Of a stretch of DNA of 32,000 bases, positions 1-11,093 are shown in pieces (position 1 is the first letter of the stretch; each line of letters begins with the position of its first letter). The notes under the pieces were generated by a model. The model was not told where the DNA came from. It did no database searches and saw only the letters and a list, made by a program, of their open reading frames with translations. Origin of the DNA: Candidatus Moranella endobia PCIT (GTDB lineage: Bacteria; Pseudomonadota; Gammaproteobacteria; Enterobacterales; Enterobacteriaceae); contig NC_015735.1 in NCBI RefSeq assembly GCF_000219175.1, forward strand, positions 506,295 to 538,294, written 5' to 3'. The position numbers were made by a program, and so were the translations under genes.

Positions 1-391
1 CATCTGATAACCTCAGGCTATGTATGAATGATACCACACGAACGAGCAAACCATCCAGTCCCCACAGAATCAGTGAGATTACGGTCGTGACCGCGATGAC
101 AATTAACGTCGCATGGAACGTTTCCTGGTAAGTCGGCCAAATTAATTTACGCACTTCGTTACGTGCTTCACGCGCAAACTGAATAAAAGACTTGCCTTTG
201 GCCGTAACTATGGCCCACCAGCCCGCGAGAGCGATAATAACGACTGCTAGTGCTCTCAAGCATAAGCAGTGATAATCGCGGTAACAATAGTTACCAACTA
301 TGGTAACTATTAACAGAACAGTGACAACGATTAACCACGTCACCACTTCCCGCCCCCGCGCGCGTTTTGTCGATTTGGTATGTGTACCCAT
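1..391 (-). CDS. secE: Preprotein translocase subunit SecE (3' end truncated by window edge)
   Basis: Manual translation from the ATG at 389-391 (minus): [57 protein letters not shown]...[51 protein letters not shown]. This is SecE-like, including the EVRKxIWPTxQET motif, and it lies directly downstream of tuf as in enterobacteria. Confidence 0.95.
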   Translation of the reverse strand, partial: MGTHTKSTKRARGREVVTWLIVVTVLLIVTIVGNYCYRDYHCLCLRALAVVIIALAGWWAIVTAKGKSFIQFAREARNEVRKLIWPTYQETFHATLIVIAVTTVISLILWGLDGLLVRVVSFIHSLRLSD

Positions 392-494
392 CAAAAACCT
401 GTCAATGAGCCCCTGACTCTAATCGATTCTATCTTACTTATCTCATCATCGGTCGCTTGAAACAGTGGAATATCAGCCTGCATGTACTACTGGT

Positions 495-1679
495 TTAAGC
501 GATAAGTTTAGTCACCACACCAGCGCCAACGGTATGGCCGCCTTCGCGGATAGCAAAACGCAAACCATCGGCCATGGCGATCGGGGCAATCAGGTTGACC
601 ACCATTTTAACGTTGTCGCCAGGCATCACCATGTCAACTCCTTCTGGCAGTTCGATGGTACCGGTAACGTCAGTAGTACGGAAGTAGAACTGCGGACGGT
701 AGCCTTTAAAGAAGGGTGTATGACGGCCGCCTTCTTCTTTGCGCAAAATATACACTTCAGATTCAAACTTAGTATGTGGCTTAATCGAACCTGGTTTAGC
801 CAGAACCTGGCCCCGCTCAACGTCGTCACGCTTAGTGCCACGCAGCAGCACGCCCACGTTCTCGCCGGCACGTCCTTCATCCAGTAGTTTACGGAACATT
901 TCAACGCCGGTGCAGGTTGTTTTGGTGGTATTTTTCATGCCAACAATTTCCACTTCGTCACCCACCTTGACGGTGCCGCGTTCCACACGACCAGTAACCA
1001 CGGTGCCGCGACCTGAGATTGAAAAAACATCTTCGATAGGCAGTAGGAACGGCTGGTCAATGGCACGTTCTGGTTCCGGAATGTAATTATCCAGCGCGTT
1101 CGCCAGTTCAATAATTTTTTGCGTCCAATGTTCGTCACCTTCCAGGGCTTTCAGCGCGGAGCCGCGGATCACCGGCGTCTCATCGCCCGGGAAGTCGTAC
1201 TGAGACAGTAGTTCTCGAACTTCCATTTCCACTAGTTCCAACAACTCTTCGTCTTCGACCATGTCACATTTGTTAATGAACACGATGATGTTAGGTACGC
1301 CTACTTGGCGACCTAACAGAATGTGTTCGCGGGTCTGGGGCATCGGACCGTCGGTGGCGGCAACCACCAGAATCGCGCCATCCATCTGGGCCGCGCCAGT
1401 GATCATGTTTTTCACATAGTCGGCGTGCCCCGGGCAGTCTACATGCGCGTAGTGATGGCGCGGGGTATCGTATTCAACGTGCGAAGTGTTAATAGTGATA
1501 CCGCGGGCTTTTTCTTCTGGCGCGTTGTCGATCTGATCAAAGGCACACGCGTTTCCGCCGTAAGCCTTGGCCAGAACGGTGGTGATGGCGGCGGTTAAGG
1601 TAGTTTTACCATGGTCAACGTGGCCGATAGTACCGACGTTAACGTGTGGTTTAGTGCGTTGAAACGTTTCTTTAGACAT
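495..1679 (-). CDS. tufB: Elongation factor Tu, 394 aa, tufB-position copy
   Basis: Translation from [31 protein letters not shown] to [11 protein letters not shown] motifs [13 protein letters not shown] and NKCD are present. The order tRNA-Thr-Tyr-Gly-Thr-tuf-secE matches the enterobacterial tufB locus. The ORF-track start at 1718 is probably 13 codons too long. Confidence 0.98.
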   Translation of the reverse strand: MSKETFQRTKPHVNVGTIGHVDHGKTTLTAAITTVLAKAYGGNACAFDQIDNAPEEKARGITINTSHVEYDTPRHHYAHVDCPGHADYVKNMITGAAQMDGAILVVAATDGPMPQTREHILLGRQVGVPNIIVFINKCDMVEDEELLELVEMEVRELLSQYDFPGDETPVIRGSALKALEGDEHWTQKIIELANALDNYIPEPERAIDQPFLLPIEDVFSISGRGTVVTGRVERGTVKVGDEVEIVGMKNTTKTTCTGVEMFRKLLDEGRAGENVGVLLRGTKRDDVERGQVLAKPGSIKPHTKFESEVYILRKEEGGRHTPFFKGYRPQFYFRTTDVTGTIELPEGVDMVMPGDNVKMVVNLIAPIAMADGLRFAIREGGHTVGAGVVTKLIA

Positions 1680-1782
1680 CGCTTGTCCCTCTAAGACACA
1701 AACATATCGGTGGTTCAATTAGGCGAAATACCTGCTAATGTTTTGTAAATTCATCCAGAATCAGGAAGGAGACAAAAAGTAG

Positions 1783-1858
1783 TGGTGCTAATAGGCAGAT
1801 TCGAACTGCCGACCTCACCCTTACCAAGGGTGTGCTCTACCACCTGAGCTATATCAGC
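1783..1858 (-). tRNA. thrT: tRNA-Thr(GGT)
   Basis: Reverse complement GCTGATATAGCTCAGGTGGTAGAGCACACCCTTGGTAAGGGTGAGGTCGGCAGTTCGAATCTGCCTATTAGCACCA, 76 nt, anticodon GGT, encoded CCA. Confidence 0.96.
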
Positions 1859-1862
1859 AGAT

Positions 1863-1937
<75 letters not shown>

Positions 1938-2010
1938 AGCTTGGACTCGGCTACCTGATATTTATTAGGTCTTTTCCCCGGTAGTTCATAACCATTGGCT
2001 TTTCCTAATT

Positions 2011-2095
2011 TGGTGGTGGGGGAAGGATTCGAACCTTCGAAGTCTGTGACGGCAGATTTACAGTCTGCTCCCTTTAACCGCTCGGGAACCCCACC
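2011..2095 (-). tRNA. tyrU: tRNA-Tyr(GTA), long variable arm
   Basis: Reverse complement GGTGGGGTTCCCGAGCGGTTAAAGGGAGCAGACTGTAAATCTGCCGTCACAGACTTCGAAGGTTCGAATCCTTCCCCCACCACCA, 85 nt, anticodon GTA. Confidence 0.96.
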
Positions 2096-2103
2096 TGATC
2101 CTT

Positions 2104-2179
2104 TGGTGCCGGCAGAAGGAGTCGAACCCTCGACCCACTGATTACAAGTCAGTTGCTCTTCCAACTGAGCTATGCCGGC
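2104..2179 (-). tRNA. thrU: tRNA-Thr(TGT)
   Basis: Reverse complement GCCGGCATAGCTCAGTTGGAAGAGCAACTGACTTGTAATCAGTGGGTCGAGGGTTCGACTCCTTCTGCCGGCACCA, 76 nt, anticodon TGT. Confidence 0.96.
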
Positions 2180-2193
2180 ATTAAGTGTTTCGC

Positions 2194-2222
2194 ATTCTAG
2201 GTAGAGCTGATGACCTATGCAA
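2194..2222 (-). promoter_or_regulatory. Predicted sigma70-type promoter of the tRNA-tufB operon
   Basis: Minus strand reads TTGCAT (2222-2217), a 17-nt spacer, then TAGAAT (2199-2194) followed by GCG. It ends about 15 nt upstream of the first tRNA. Confidence 0.65.
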
Positions 2223-2342
2223 CAAAAAAATCGAGAAAATTTCAATTTTACGCAAAAAAAACCAATGTGACGACGTAACCCGCGAACTCTACTACTCTAC
2301 TAGAAGCAGTTAATACTGCTTATGCAGCAGTATTAGGCAGTA

Positions 2343-3410
2343 TTAGTTAGTTAATAGCATAACTATACTGATGATCATAAAAACCATGCTGGGTAGTAAT
2401 GCACCGAATACTGGCGGCAGGTTGTATACTAGACCTAATGGCCCGCAGATGTGATCCAAGACGTGAAACAATAAACTGCAACTTATGCCTGTAATGAATC
2501 GTACCGCCGGAGGCACGCTGCGCAGCGGTCCGAAAATAAAAGACAGTGCCACTAGCATCATCACCACCACTGAGAAAGGAGAGAAAATTTTGCTCCACAG
2601 CTTCAACTGGTAACGTTTGAAGTTCTGCCCACTCTGCTGAAGATACTTAACGTAATTAGCCAACCCAGAGATAGACAATGAATTTGGCAACGCTATTACC
2701 CCCAATTTATCCGGCGTCAGATTGGTTTCCCATTCAACGTTTAGGTGTTGCTGACCATTGATTTGATGGCGGTTAGTTAAATTAACTTCTTCCACCTGTG
2801 ATAGTTTCCAACTGCCATTGTTAAAGTGAGCCGTTGCGGCATAGCGCAGCGACTGTAGCCGTTCTGCTTTTTGATCGAAGTGATAAATATTGACGCCGGC
2901 CAGCTTATCATTGCCAACTAACCGCTCGATGAAAATAAAATCATCACCGTCCTTGGCCCATAGACCGTGTTTATTTGACTGCATGGAGCCGACGTTAATT
3001 GCTCGGTTGCGGTAATGATAGGCTATTTGCTCGCTTGCTGGAGCTACCCATTCGCCGATGGCCAGGCTCAACAGCACCAGTGCAATGGTTGTTTTCATGA
3101 CTGAACTGGCTACCTGCAGTTGGCTGAAACCAGCTGCCTGCATTACCACTAGTTCACTGCTGGTTGCCAGAGAACCCAGCCCCAGCAACGTGCCAATTAG
3201 AGTAGCCATCGGAAAAAAGATCTCGCTATCCTTGGGCACGCTAAGTAAGGTAAACAGACCTGCGCCCATTACCGAGTAGTCCCCCTGGCCAACTTTGCGC
3301 ATTTGCTCAACGAATTTGATCAGACTAGATAGCGACACCAGCAGGAACAAGGTCATCATTATGGGATTGAAAATTGTTTTACCAATGTAGCGGTCCAAGA
3401 CCCTCAACAT
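2343..3410 (-). CDS. lptG: LPS export ABC transporter permease LptG
   Basis: Protein from MLRVLDRYIGKTIFNPIMMTLFLLVSLSSLIKFVEQMRKVGQGDY to LSFIFGPLRSVP closely resembles LptG. The upstream 38 codons of the ORF call are not homologous. The ATG at 3410-3408 overlaps the lptF stop codon (ATGTTGA). Confidence 0.95.
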   Translation of the reverse strand: MLRVLDRYIGKTIFNPIMMTLFLLVSLSSLIKFVEQMRKVGQGDYSVMGAGLFTLLSVPKDSEIFFPMATLIGTLLGLGSLATSSELVVMQAAGFSQLQVASSVMKTTIALVLLSLAIGEWVAPASEQIAYHYRNRAINVGSMQSNKHGLWAKDGDDFIFIERLVGNDKLAGVNIYHFDQKAERLQSLRYAATAHFNNGSWKLSQVEEVNLTNRHQINGQQHLNVEWETNLTPDKLGVIALPNSLSISGLANYVKYLQQSGQNFKRYQLKLWSKIFSPFSVVVMMLVALSFIFGPLRSVPPAVRFITGISCSLLFHVLDHICGPLGLVYNLPPVFGALLPSMVFMIISIVMLLTN

Positions 3411-4501
3411 GAGGGTGCGCCTTTTGGTAGCAGCCACCCACGCAGCCTTCTGATCGGTACGGTGTCCAACACATTCAATATTAGCCCTAGCACTAGAAAC
3501 AACACATTGGTCAGCCACAGCCAAAACATCGGGTCAAGCTTGCCCTTGGCACTATGATAGCGCAGGGTAATTTGTAGCAAAAAGAACAGTAGATATAGCA
3601 GCATTGCTGGTAGTATACGCAGCACGATACTCTGCTGCCGTTGGTTAACTACCGACAGCGGTACCACCATTATGGTCATAATCAACACCGACACAACTAA
3701 CGTTAGCCTCCAGTGAAACTCAGCGCGCGCCTCCGGCTCAGACGAGTGCCACAGTTGGTGCATTGTCATTTGCTTAGTTTCGATGCTATTCGCCACAGAT
3801 CTAGAGCCGATCAGCGCTTGATATTTAGCAAAACTAGTAATGCAGAAATCTCGCAGCAAAGCAGTCCCCTCATAGCTAGTACCATTATCCAGCATTAAGA
3901 TTTGCGAGCCGTCAGACAGCTTGGTCATATGGCCACGGTCTGCCATAATAACGAAAGGGCGAGCATGGCAATTTGGCTTGATCTTTGCCATGAATATATG
4001 TTCAAACACTGTATCCTGAACTTTACCCACGAACAGCACCAAATTACCGTTATCGGCTAATTTGAATTGCCCAGCCGCTGTGCTAAGATTAACTTTTGCG
4101 TCCGATATTACTATCGCTTGATAACGTGACAAACCGGGTGAAAGCCATATCACATTCACCGCTGCTACTATCGCGTTCATCAAACTGAGCAGCAGCGCCA
4201 CACGGATCAAAATACTTTTACCAAACCCACAAGCGTATATAACCGTAATTTCATTTGCAGCGTACATACGGCTAAGTATCACTAACACACCAAGGAATAG
4301 ACTCAAGGGAAGAATTAATTGCACCATTGCCGGCAAACTTAATCCCAGTAAGGCTAACACTACGTTTAGTGGAATATCTCCCTCCACTACTGTGCCTAAA
4401 AGTTGTCCCAGTTTTTGGCATAAAAAAACCAACAGCAGGATGAACAGAATGGCGAGCTGGCTTTTAACGGTCTCCCAAACCAGATATCTAGTAATAATCA
4501 C
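3404..4501 (-). CDS. lptF: LPS export ABC transporter permease LptF, probable GTG start
   Basis: Homologous region begins (V/M)IITRYLVWETVKSQLAILFILLLVFLCQKLGQLLGTVVEGDIP and ends LNVLDTVPIRRLRGW. GTG at 4501-4499 aligns with the usual LptF start; the upstream ATG at 4615 would add a non-homologous N-terminus. Confidence 0.93.
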   Translation of the reverse strand: MIITRYLVWETVKSQLAILFILLLVFLCQKLGQLLGTVVEGDIPLNVVLALLGLSLPAMVQLILPLSLFLGVLVILSRMYAANEITVIYACGFGKSILIRVALLLSLMNAIVAAVNVIWLSPGLSRYQAIVISDAKVNLSTAAGQFKLADNGNLVLFVGKVQDTVFEHIFMAKIKPNCHARPFVIMADRGHMTKLSDGSQILMLDNGTSYEGTALLRDFCITSFAKYQALIGSRSVANSIETKQMTMHQLWHSSEPEARAEFHWRLTLVVSVLIMTIMVVPLSVVNQRQQSIVLRILPAMLLYLLFFLLQITLRYHSAKGKLDPMFWLWLTNVLFLVLGLILNVLDTVPIRRLRGWLLPKGAPSC

Positions 4502-4606
4502 ACTTATGGCGCCTGTAAAAACTTGTTTATTTGTAGAAAGTAGAAAAGATTTAGTAATTTTCATCACTAATCTATCATTGATACTTCTAAAAAACTTACA
4601 TGTGGT

Positions 4607-4627
4607 TGATAGCACAGGTTGCTATCA
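4607..4627. repeat. Perfect inverted repeat, 8-bp arms and 5-nt loop, upstream of lptF
   Basis: TGATAGCA-CAGGT-TGCTATCA read directly from the sequence. Function unknown. Confidence 0.6.
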
Positions 4628-4843
4628 CATTATATTTTAATCTTTTGCTGATAAAATATAACCAACATGGAACTTGATAACCGTTTTACGCTGGTGGCCT
4701 AGCGATGATTGTTTTTGCCATTAACAGACCAGCCCATTATATCCCGCGCTAATGTTTTTTTTATAGAATTTAATTGGTGAATTTTGTCTGCCTGCTCGGC
4801 AGACCGCAGGTTGTTTTTATGTAATTAACTGATTAACTGGCAC

Positions 4844-5287
4844 ATGAAAAACGCAACCTTTTATTTACTCAACCAAGCCAGTCTTAACCTCATGGAATGG
4901 CTGGCCTGTTATTTTACCGTCGATAAATGGCGGGAGGGCAAACTGGTACTTATCGCCTGTGAGGATGAAGCCCAAGCGCTTAGAATAGACGAAGCGCTGT
5001 GGGCGTGCGATCCTGATACTTTCGTACCACATAACCTGACGGGAGAATGCTCGCCATACGGCACGCCAGTAGAAATTTGCTGGCAACAGCGCCGTGGTAG
5101 TAACATGAATAGGGAGGTGTTGATAAGCTTGCTGTTGTCGGTCTACGCGGATTTTGCCTCATCGTTTAATGAAGTCATTGATTTCGTTCCGGCTGAAGCA
5201 ACTTTAAAACAGCTGGCGCGCAATCGTTATAAAACTTATCGTAGCGTTGGCTTCCAATTGACTACGGCAATACCACCAACAAGGTGA
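4844..5287 (+). CDS. holC: DNA polymerase III chi subunit
   Basis: [11 protein letters not shown]...[33 protein letters not shown]...FVPHNL resembles HolC; located immediately upstream of valS as in enterobacteria. Confidence 0.92.
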   Translation: MKNATFYLLNQASLNLMEWLACYFTVDKWREGKLVLIACEDEAQALRIDEALWACDPDTFVPHNLTGECSPYGTPVEICWQQRRGSNMNREVLISLLLSVYADFASSFNEVIDFVPAEATLKQLARNRYKTYRSVGFQLTTAIPPTR

Positions 5288-5301
5288 TTAAAACAAGTAT
5301 C

Positions 5302-8166
5302 ATGGATAAAAAATACCAGCCCAAAAAGATCGAGCAACAGCTGTATAAGCACTGGGAGCAGCGTGGTTATTTCAAGCCGCACAATGACCACAAGCAGGAT
5401 AGCTACTGCATCATGATCCCGCCGCCAAATATTACTGGCAGCCTACATATGGGCCATGCCTTCCAACAGACTATTATGGATACTCTTATTCGTTATCAGC
5501 GTATGTTGGGTAAAAATACTTTGTGGCAGGTTGGTACAGATCACGCCGGCATCGCGACGCAGATGGTGGTTGAACGCAAAATGGTCGCAGAAGAGGGCAA
5601 AAACCGCCACGATTGCGGCCGCGCCGCTTTCATTACTAAGATTTGGCAGTGGGAAGCACAATCCAGCGGCACCATTAACCATCAGATGCGCCGACTTGGC
5701 GTTTCTGTGGATTGGGAACGCGCGCGGTTCACAATGGACGAAGGGCTGTCCAACGCTGTTAAAGAAGTGTTTGTGCGGCTGTATCAGGAAGATTTAATTT
5801 ATCGCGGCAAACGCCTTGTTAACTGGGACCCGACCTTACGCACCGCTATTTCTGACCTGGAAGTAGAACACCGAGAGTCAACAGGCTCAATGTGGCAGCT
5901 GCGTTATCCGCTGGCCGAAAGTACGTACACTGCCACTAAGCTGGATTATCTTGTGGTCTCAACCACGCGGCCAGAAACCATGCTAGGAGATACCGGCGTG
6001 GCAGTAAACCCGGCAGATCCGCGCTATCGCGACTTGATTGGTAAATTCGTCATACTTCCGCTTGTCGGCCGCCGTATACCAATCGTCGGCGATGCACACG
6101 CGGATATGACTAAAGGCACCGGCTGTGTCAAAATTACTCCAGCACATGATTTTAACGACTATGAAGTAGGCAAACGCCACGCACTGCCTATGATCAATAT
6201 ATTCACCTTTGACGGTGCAATCCGCCAGCAAGCCGAGGTTTTTGACACTAATGGTGAGACAAGCCAGGCTATATCTAGCGAAATTCCGGTGGCTTTCCGT
6301 GGGCTGGAACGGTTCGCCGCCCGCAAGGCCATCGTTGCCGAATTTGACAGATTGAATCTGCTAGTAGATGAGGTCACTGACCAAGAACTCACGGTGCCTT
6401 ATGGAGATCGCAGCGGCGTGGTTATAGAACCGATGTTGACAGATCAATGGTACGTACGCGCCGCGCCACTAGCGAAAGTAGCGGTGAAAGCGGTGGAACT
6501 GGGTGAGATTAACTTTGTGTCGAAGCAGTACGAAAACATGTATTTCAGCTGGATGCGGGATATACAGGATTGGTGTATTTCCCGTCAGCTATGGTGGGGC
6601 CACCGTATTCCAGCATGGTACGACCCGGAGGGCAGGGTATATGTAGGTCGTAGCGAGATCGACGTGCGTCAGCAACATCAGTTAGCTGATCATGTACCAC
6701 TGCGCCAGGAAGAAGATGTGCTGGATACCTGGTTTTCCTCTGGACTATGGACCTTCTCCACTCTAGGCTGGCCGGAAGATACTGAAACGCTACGCACGTT
6801 TCATCCCACAAGTGTAGTGGTTAGCGGCTTTGATATAATTTTTTTCTGGATAGCGCGCATGGTAATGCTGACCATGCATTTCATCAAGACTGACAATGGC
6901 AAGCCGCAAGTGCCGTTTAAAACCGTCTATATAACCGGTCTTATTCGCGATGAAGAAGGGCATAAAATGTCTAAGTCCAAAGGTAACATTATTGATCCTC
7001 TGGACATGGTTGACGGCATTTCGCTGGTAGCTTTACTTAAAAAGCGCACCGATAATATGATGCAGCCGCAATTGGCTGACAGTATATGCAAACGCACAAA
7101 AAAACAATTTCCACACGGCATTGCGCCGCACGGTACCGATGCTCTGCGCTTCACGTTGACCGCTCTTGCCTCTAATGGCCGCGATATTAAATGGGACATG
7201 AATCGTCTAGAGGGGTATCGCAATTTCTGCAATAAATTGTGGAATGCCAGCCGTTTTGTCCTGATAAATACCGAAGAGCATGACTGTGGTTTTGACGGCG
7301 GCGATCAAGTACTATCGCTGGCAGATCGCTGGATCCTGGCGGAATTTAATCAGTTGGTGACGGCTTTTCGCCAGGCGTTAGATAATTATCGTTTTGATTT
7401 GGCTGCAGGTATGTTGTACGAATTCACATGGAACCAATTTTGTGACTGGTATCTTGAGCTAACCAAGCAGGTTATGAGCTGTGGTAATGACGCCGAACTT
7501 CGTGGTACCCGCCATACGTTGGTCAACGTACTAGAAGCGTTACTACGTTTGGCACATCCAATCATGCCATTTATTACAGAAACAATCTGGCAGCGGTTGC
7601 ACAACCTTACTAGTAGTAACAAGGGTGAGACCACCATTATGCTGCAACCGTTTCCCGCCTATGATGCTGCTTTAGAAGACGCTGCTGCCATCAGCGATGT
7701 GGAATGGATGAAGCAAGCTATCATCGCGGTTCGCACGATTCGTGCCGAAATGAATATTGCGCCTAATAAGCCGTTAGCGGTATTGTTACGCCAGGCTTCA
7801 CAGGCGGTTACGCGCATAGTAAACGAAAACCGTCGCTTGATTGTTACCATTGCACGGCTTGAAAGTATCACACTGATGTCAGCAGATGATACATGGCCCG
7901 TTTCTGTTACCAAAATTATCAACGGCGCCGAACTGCTGATACCGATGAACGGTATTGTTGATAAAAACACAGAGCTGGCACGACTGGCGAAGGAAGCGGT
8001 GTACATAGAAGGCGAAATTGGCCGTATCTCTGCTAAACTAAATAATGATTACTTTATCTGCCGGGCGCCGGAATATGTGGTGGTAAAAGAACGCCAGAAA
8101 TTGGCAAGATATCAGCAATTCAGAACAAAATTACTTGAGCAGCACGAGATCATTGCAAGTTTGTGA
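5302..8166 (+). CDS. valS: Valyl-tRNA synthetase
   Basis: [26 protein letters not shown], class I motifs [15 protein letters not shown] and KMSKSKGN, and a C-terminal coiled-coil-like arm. The start at 5302 is preferred over 5284. Confidence 0.97.
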   Translation: MDKKYQPKKIEQQLYKHWEQRGYFKPHNDHKQDSYCIMIPPPNITGSLHMGHAFQQTIMDTLIRYQRMLGKNTLWQVGTDHAGIATQMVVERKMVAEEGKNRHDCGRAAFITKIWQWEAQSSGTINHQMRRLGVSVDWERARFTMDEGLSNAVKEVFVRLYQEDLIYRGKRLVNWDPTLRTAISDLEVEHRESTGSMWQLRYPLAESTYTATKLDYLVVSTTRPETMLGDTGVAVNPADPRYRDLIGKFVILPLVGRRIPIVGDAHADMTKGTGCVKITPAHDFNDYEVGKRHALPMINIFTFDGAIRQQAEVFDTNGETSQAISSEIPVAFRGLERFAARKAIVAEFDRLNLLVDEVTDQELTVPYGDRSGVVIEPMLTDQWYVRAAPLAKVAVKAVELGEINFVSKQYENMYFSWMRDIQDWCISRQLWWGHRIPAWYDPEGRVYVGRSEIDVRQQHQLADHVPLRQEEDVLDTWFSSGLWTFSTLGWPEDTETLRTFHPTSVVVSGFDIIFFWIARMVMLTMHFIKTDNGKPQVPFKTVYITGLIRDEEGHKMSKSKGNIIDPLDMVDGISLVALLKKRTDNMMQPQLADSICKRTKKQFPHGIAPHGTDALRFTLTALASNGRDIKWDMNRLEGYRNFCNKLWNASRFVLINTEEHDCGFDGGDQVLSLADRWILAEFNQLVTAFRQALDNYRFDLAAGMLYEFTWNQFCDWYLELTKQVMSCGNDAELRGTRHTLVNVLEALLRLAHPIMPFITETIWQRLHNLTSSNKGETTIMLQPFPAYDAALEDAAAISDVEWMKQAIIAVRTIRAEMNIAPNKPLAVLLRQASQAVTRIVNENRRLIVTIARLESITLMSADDTWPVSVTKIINGAELLIPMNGIVDKNTELARLAKEAVYIEGEIGRISAKLNNDYFICRAPEYVVVKERQKLARYQQFRTKLLEQHEIIASL

Positions 8167-8511
8167 CCGCTATTTCATGGCACCTAGCGGTGATTATTTG
8201 ATAAACGGACTAACAACCAGCGCAGCTAGCAGCCAGCTGAGGCACATGATTGCTAATCAATGCTGATCACTAGCGGCGCGATCAGTGAGTGGTAGGGTAG
8301 GTAAGTAAAATCAAGAGTTTGTCGGACAACTATTCGCTCCTACAACTCGTTGTCCGTTACCTAATCACCCAGTTTGAAGGCCTATACCGCCATTTTCTCC
8401 CAAAAGATGTGGGTATTGTTGAACCCTTGAATTTCAATATTATGACATATACAGTGGTGATGATTTAGTTAATTTAACATTAAAATTAGAATGAATCGGG
8501 AGCGACTGATT

Positions 8512-9531
8512 ATGAATAAGTTATGGAAACGTAGTTTACTAAGATTGATGGATTTGACGTCTGACGAAATTAATCAATTATTAGCGCTAGCTGCAAATCT
8601 TAAGCGCCAAAAGCGTTCTGGATGCGAAACACCGCTTTTGGCCGGTAAAAATATTGCGCTCATATTCGAAAAAGATTCTACCAGGACCCGCTGCTCTTTC
8701 GAAGTTGCCGCCTTTGATCAGGGTGCAAACGTAACCTATTTGGGGCCAAGCGGTAGCCAGCGAGGCAATAAAGAATCCATGAAGGATACCGCTAGGGTAT
8801 TAGGTCGTATATATGACGGTATCCAATATCGCGGTTATGGCCAAGAGATAGTAGAAACTCTTGCGCGCTATGCCGGCGTACCGGTGTGGAACGGACTGAC
8901 GACCGAGTTCCATCCAACTCAATTGCTGGCTGATCTATTGACCATGCAGGAATCTTTGCCGGAAAAATCATTCCCTCAAATGAAGCTGGCATATGTCGGC
9001 GATACGCGCAATAACATGGGTAATACGCTGCTAGAAGCAGCTGCGTTAACCGGTATTGATTTACGGCTAGTAGCACCGAATGCCTGTTGGCCTAATCAAG
9101 ATTTAGTTACTTCCTGCCGTAACCTAGCAAGGGAAAATGGCGGTGACATTACCCTTACCGCAGATATTGCTGTTGGCATCAAGGAGGTTGACTTTATCTA
9201 TACCGATGTTTGGGTATCGATGGGCGAAGACAAAATCTTATGGCAAGAACGTATCGAGATGCTGCGTGCCTATCAGGTAAATATGGACATGTTACGCCAA
9301 ATAGGCAATTCACAGGTGAAGTTTCTTCATTGTCTACCAGCATTCCATGACGATCACACTACCCTAGGAAAGCAAATTGCTGCCCAATATAACTTGGTTG
9401 GCGGAATGGAAGTTACCGATGAAGTGTTTGAATCCACCAATAGCGTGGTGTTCGATCAGGCAGAAAACCGACTGCATACAATCAAAGCAGTTATGGTAGC
9501 AACACTGGCGTCACTATCAGCAAAATCGTAA
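8512..9531 (+). CDS. argF: Ornithine carbamoyltransferase (ArgI/ArgF family)
   Basis: Motifs [31 protein letters not shown] and [11 protein letters not shown]. It sits near valS, consistent with argI. The start at 8512 is preferred over 8491. Confidence 0.95.
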   Translation: MNKLWKRSLLRLMDLTSDEINQLLALAANLKRQKRSGCETPLLAGKNIALIFEKDSTRTRCSFEVAAFDQGANVTYLGPSGSQRGNKESMKDTARVLGRIYDGIQYRGYGQEIVETLARYAGVPVWNGLTTEFHPTQLLADLLTMQESLPEKSFPQMKLAYVGDTRNNMGNTLLEAAALTGIDLRLVAPNACWPNQDLVTSCRNLARENGGDITLTADIAVGIKEVDFIYTDVWVSMGEDKILWQERIEMLRAYQVNMDMLRQIGNSQVKFLHCLPAFHDDHTTLGKQIAAQYNLVGGMEVTDEVFESTNSVVFDQAENRLHTIKAVMVATLASLSAKS

Positions 9532-9913
9532 GATAAGCGGCAGAAACAGCTATTTAGCTAGTGGTTGATTGCGTATTGGGCTATTCCTGTTAGTTACAGA
9601 TTGTTATGTAAACCCTCACCGAGGGTGATTAGTTGATGAACGTACTAACCAACCCAGCAAGCACGTAATGATAATTCCAGCTAGATATTATCGACAGGCA
9701 AACAGCAGCAGGGAATAATTTCCCCTTGGTTGATAAACGCCAGTGACTACTGGTAGTAATTAACTGTTCCCAATCGCAATTAGCCGGAACGGCACTGAAC
9801 TTCTACTGGAACCTTGTAAGCCTCTAGCACGTTAAATAGTGTGAGCGATGTATTACCTGTAGGAAAGCGCTACCCGGTTTTGGCGCCAGTGTATAAGGAT
9901 CTGCTGGGTCAGG

Positions 9914-11044
9914 TTACAACTTGAAGTTGCTAAAGTCGTCATTATTAATGGTAGCATCAATCTGACCTACCAGATAGGAGCTTACCTCAACCTCCTGCGG
10001 CGCCATCTGAACGTTATCCGACACAAGCCAGGAGTTGATCCAAGGAATCGGATTGGAGCGAGTGGTAAAGGGCCGATCAAGCCCAACCGCCTGCATGCGT
10101 ATATTGGTGATATATTCCACATACTGACAAAGAATATCTTTGTTTAAGCCGATCATAGACCCATCGCGGAACAAATAGCTCGCCCAGTCTTTCTCCTGTT
10201 GCGCTGCCATCAGGAACAAATCATAGCTTTCCTGCTGACATTCAAGTGCAATCTTAGCCATTGTCGGATCATCATCACCGGAACGCATTAGGTTCAGCAT
10301 ATACTGGGTGCCTGTTAAGTGCAGCACTTCGTCGCGGGCGATTAGGCGAATAATTTTCGCGTTACCCTCCATAATTTCACGCTCGGCGAAGGCGAAAGAG
10401 CAGGCGAAGCTGATATAGAAACGGATTGCTTCCAATGCGTTAACGCTCATCAGGCAAAGATAGAGCTTTTTCTGCAGCTCATGCAAATTAACCATCACCA
10501 TGTTACCATTTACATAGTGAGTACCTTCACCCAAAAGCTGATAATAGCTTGCTAGCTTGATCAGACCATCGTAATAGCCACAAATATTCTGTGCTCTTTT
10601 TAGAATCTCTTTGTTTGTGATAATGGTGTCGAATACCAGCGATGGAGCGTTGACGATATTGCGTATAATATGGGTATAGGAGCGAGCATGTATCGTTTCA
10701 AAAAATGACCAGGTTTCCACCCAAGTTTCCAATTCTGGTATCGAAATTAGCGGCAGTAGAGCGATATTGGGACTGCGTCCTTGTATGGAATCTAGTAGCG
10801 TCTGGTATTTGAGATTACTAATAAAAATATGTTTTTCGTGCTCCGGCAGCACTTGATAGTCGATACGATCACGTGACACATCTACTTCTTCTGGGCGCCA
10901 AAAGAAAGACAATTGTTTTTCAATAAGTTTTTCAAAAAAATTGTATTTCTGCTGATCGAAGCGAGCAATGTTAACCGGCTGGCCGAAAAACATTGGTTCC
11001 AACAGTTGATTATTTTTCACTTGTGAAAAAGTGGTATAGGCCAT
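9914..11044 (-). CDS. nrdB: Class Ia ribonucleoside-diphosphate reductase beta subunit
   Basis: [34 protein letters not shown]..., tyrosyl-radical context [11 protein letters not shown], and ending [25 protein letters not shown]. Confidence 0.97.
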   Translation of the reverse strand: MAYTTFSQVKNNQLLEPMFFGQPVNIARFDQQKYNFFEKLIEKQLSFFWRPEEVDVSRDRIDYQVLPEHEKHIFISNLKYQTLLDSIQGRSPNIALLPLISIPELETWVETWSFFETIHARSYTHIIRNIVNAPSLVFDTIITNKEILKRAQNICGYYDGLIKLASYYQLLGEGTHYVNGNMVMVNLHELQKKLYLCLMSVNALEAIRFYISFACSFAFAEREIMEGNAKIIRLIARDEVLHLTGTQYMLNLMRSGDDDPTMAKIALECQQESYDLFLMAAQQEKDWASYLFRDGSMIGLNKDILCQYVEYITNIRMQAVGLDRPFTTRSNPIPWINSWLVSDNVQMAPQEVEVSSYLVGQIDATINNDDFSNFKL

Positions 11045-11093
11045 GTTAACTCCAGTTACCTGTTGATGGAATCGTTAACGCCCACGTTTACGT

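Noticed and set aside
453-502. Imperfect inverted repeat TCGCTTGAAACAG / CTGGTTTAAGCGA around the tufB stop
   Set aside because: Arms contain mismatches, the loop is long, the stem overlaps the stop codon and no U-tract follows; not a convincing terminator.
465-887. 140-aa plus-strand ORF opposite tufB
   Set aside because: Antisense to a highly conserved gene, with no family-like motifs; a shadow ORF.
3058-3279. 73-aa plus-strand ORF opposite lptG
   Set aside because: Fully contained antisense to a conserved permease gene.
5443-8006. Multiple minus-strand ORFs opposite valS
   Set aside because: Antisense shadows of a full-length valS; no recognisable domains or separate ribosome-binding context.
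8318-8355. CGGACAAC...GTTGTCCG inverted repeat after valS
   Set aside because: 8-bp arms separated by a long loop and no clear T-tract; too weak to call a terminator.
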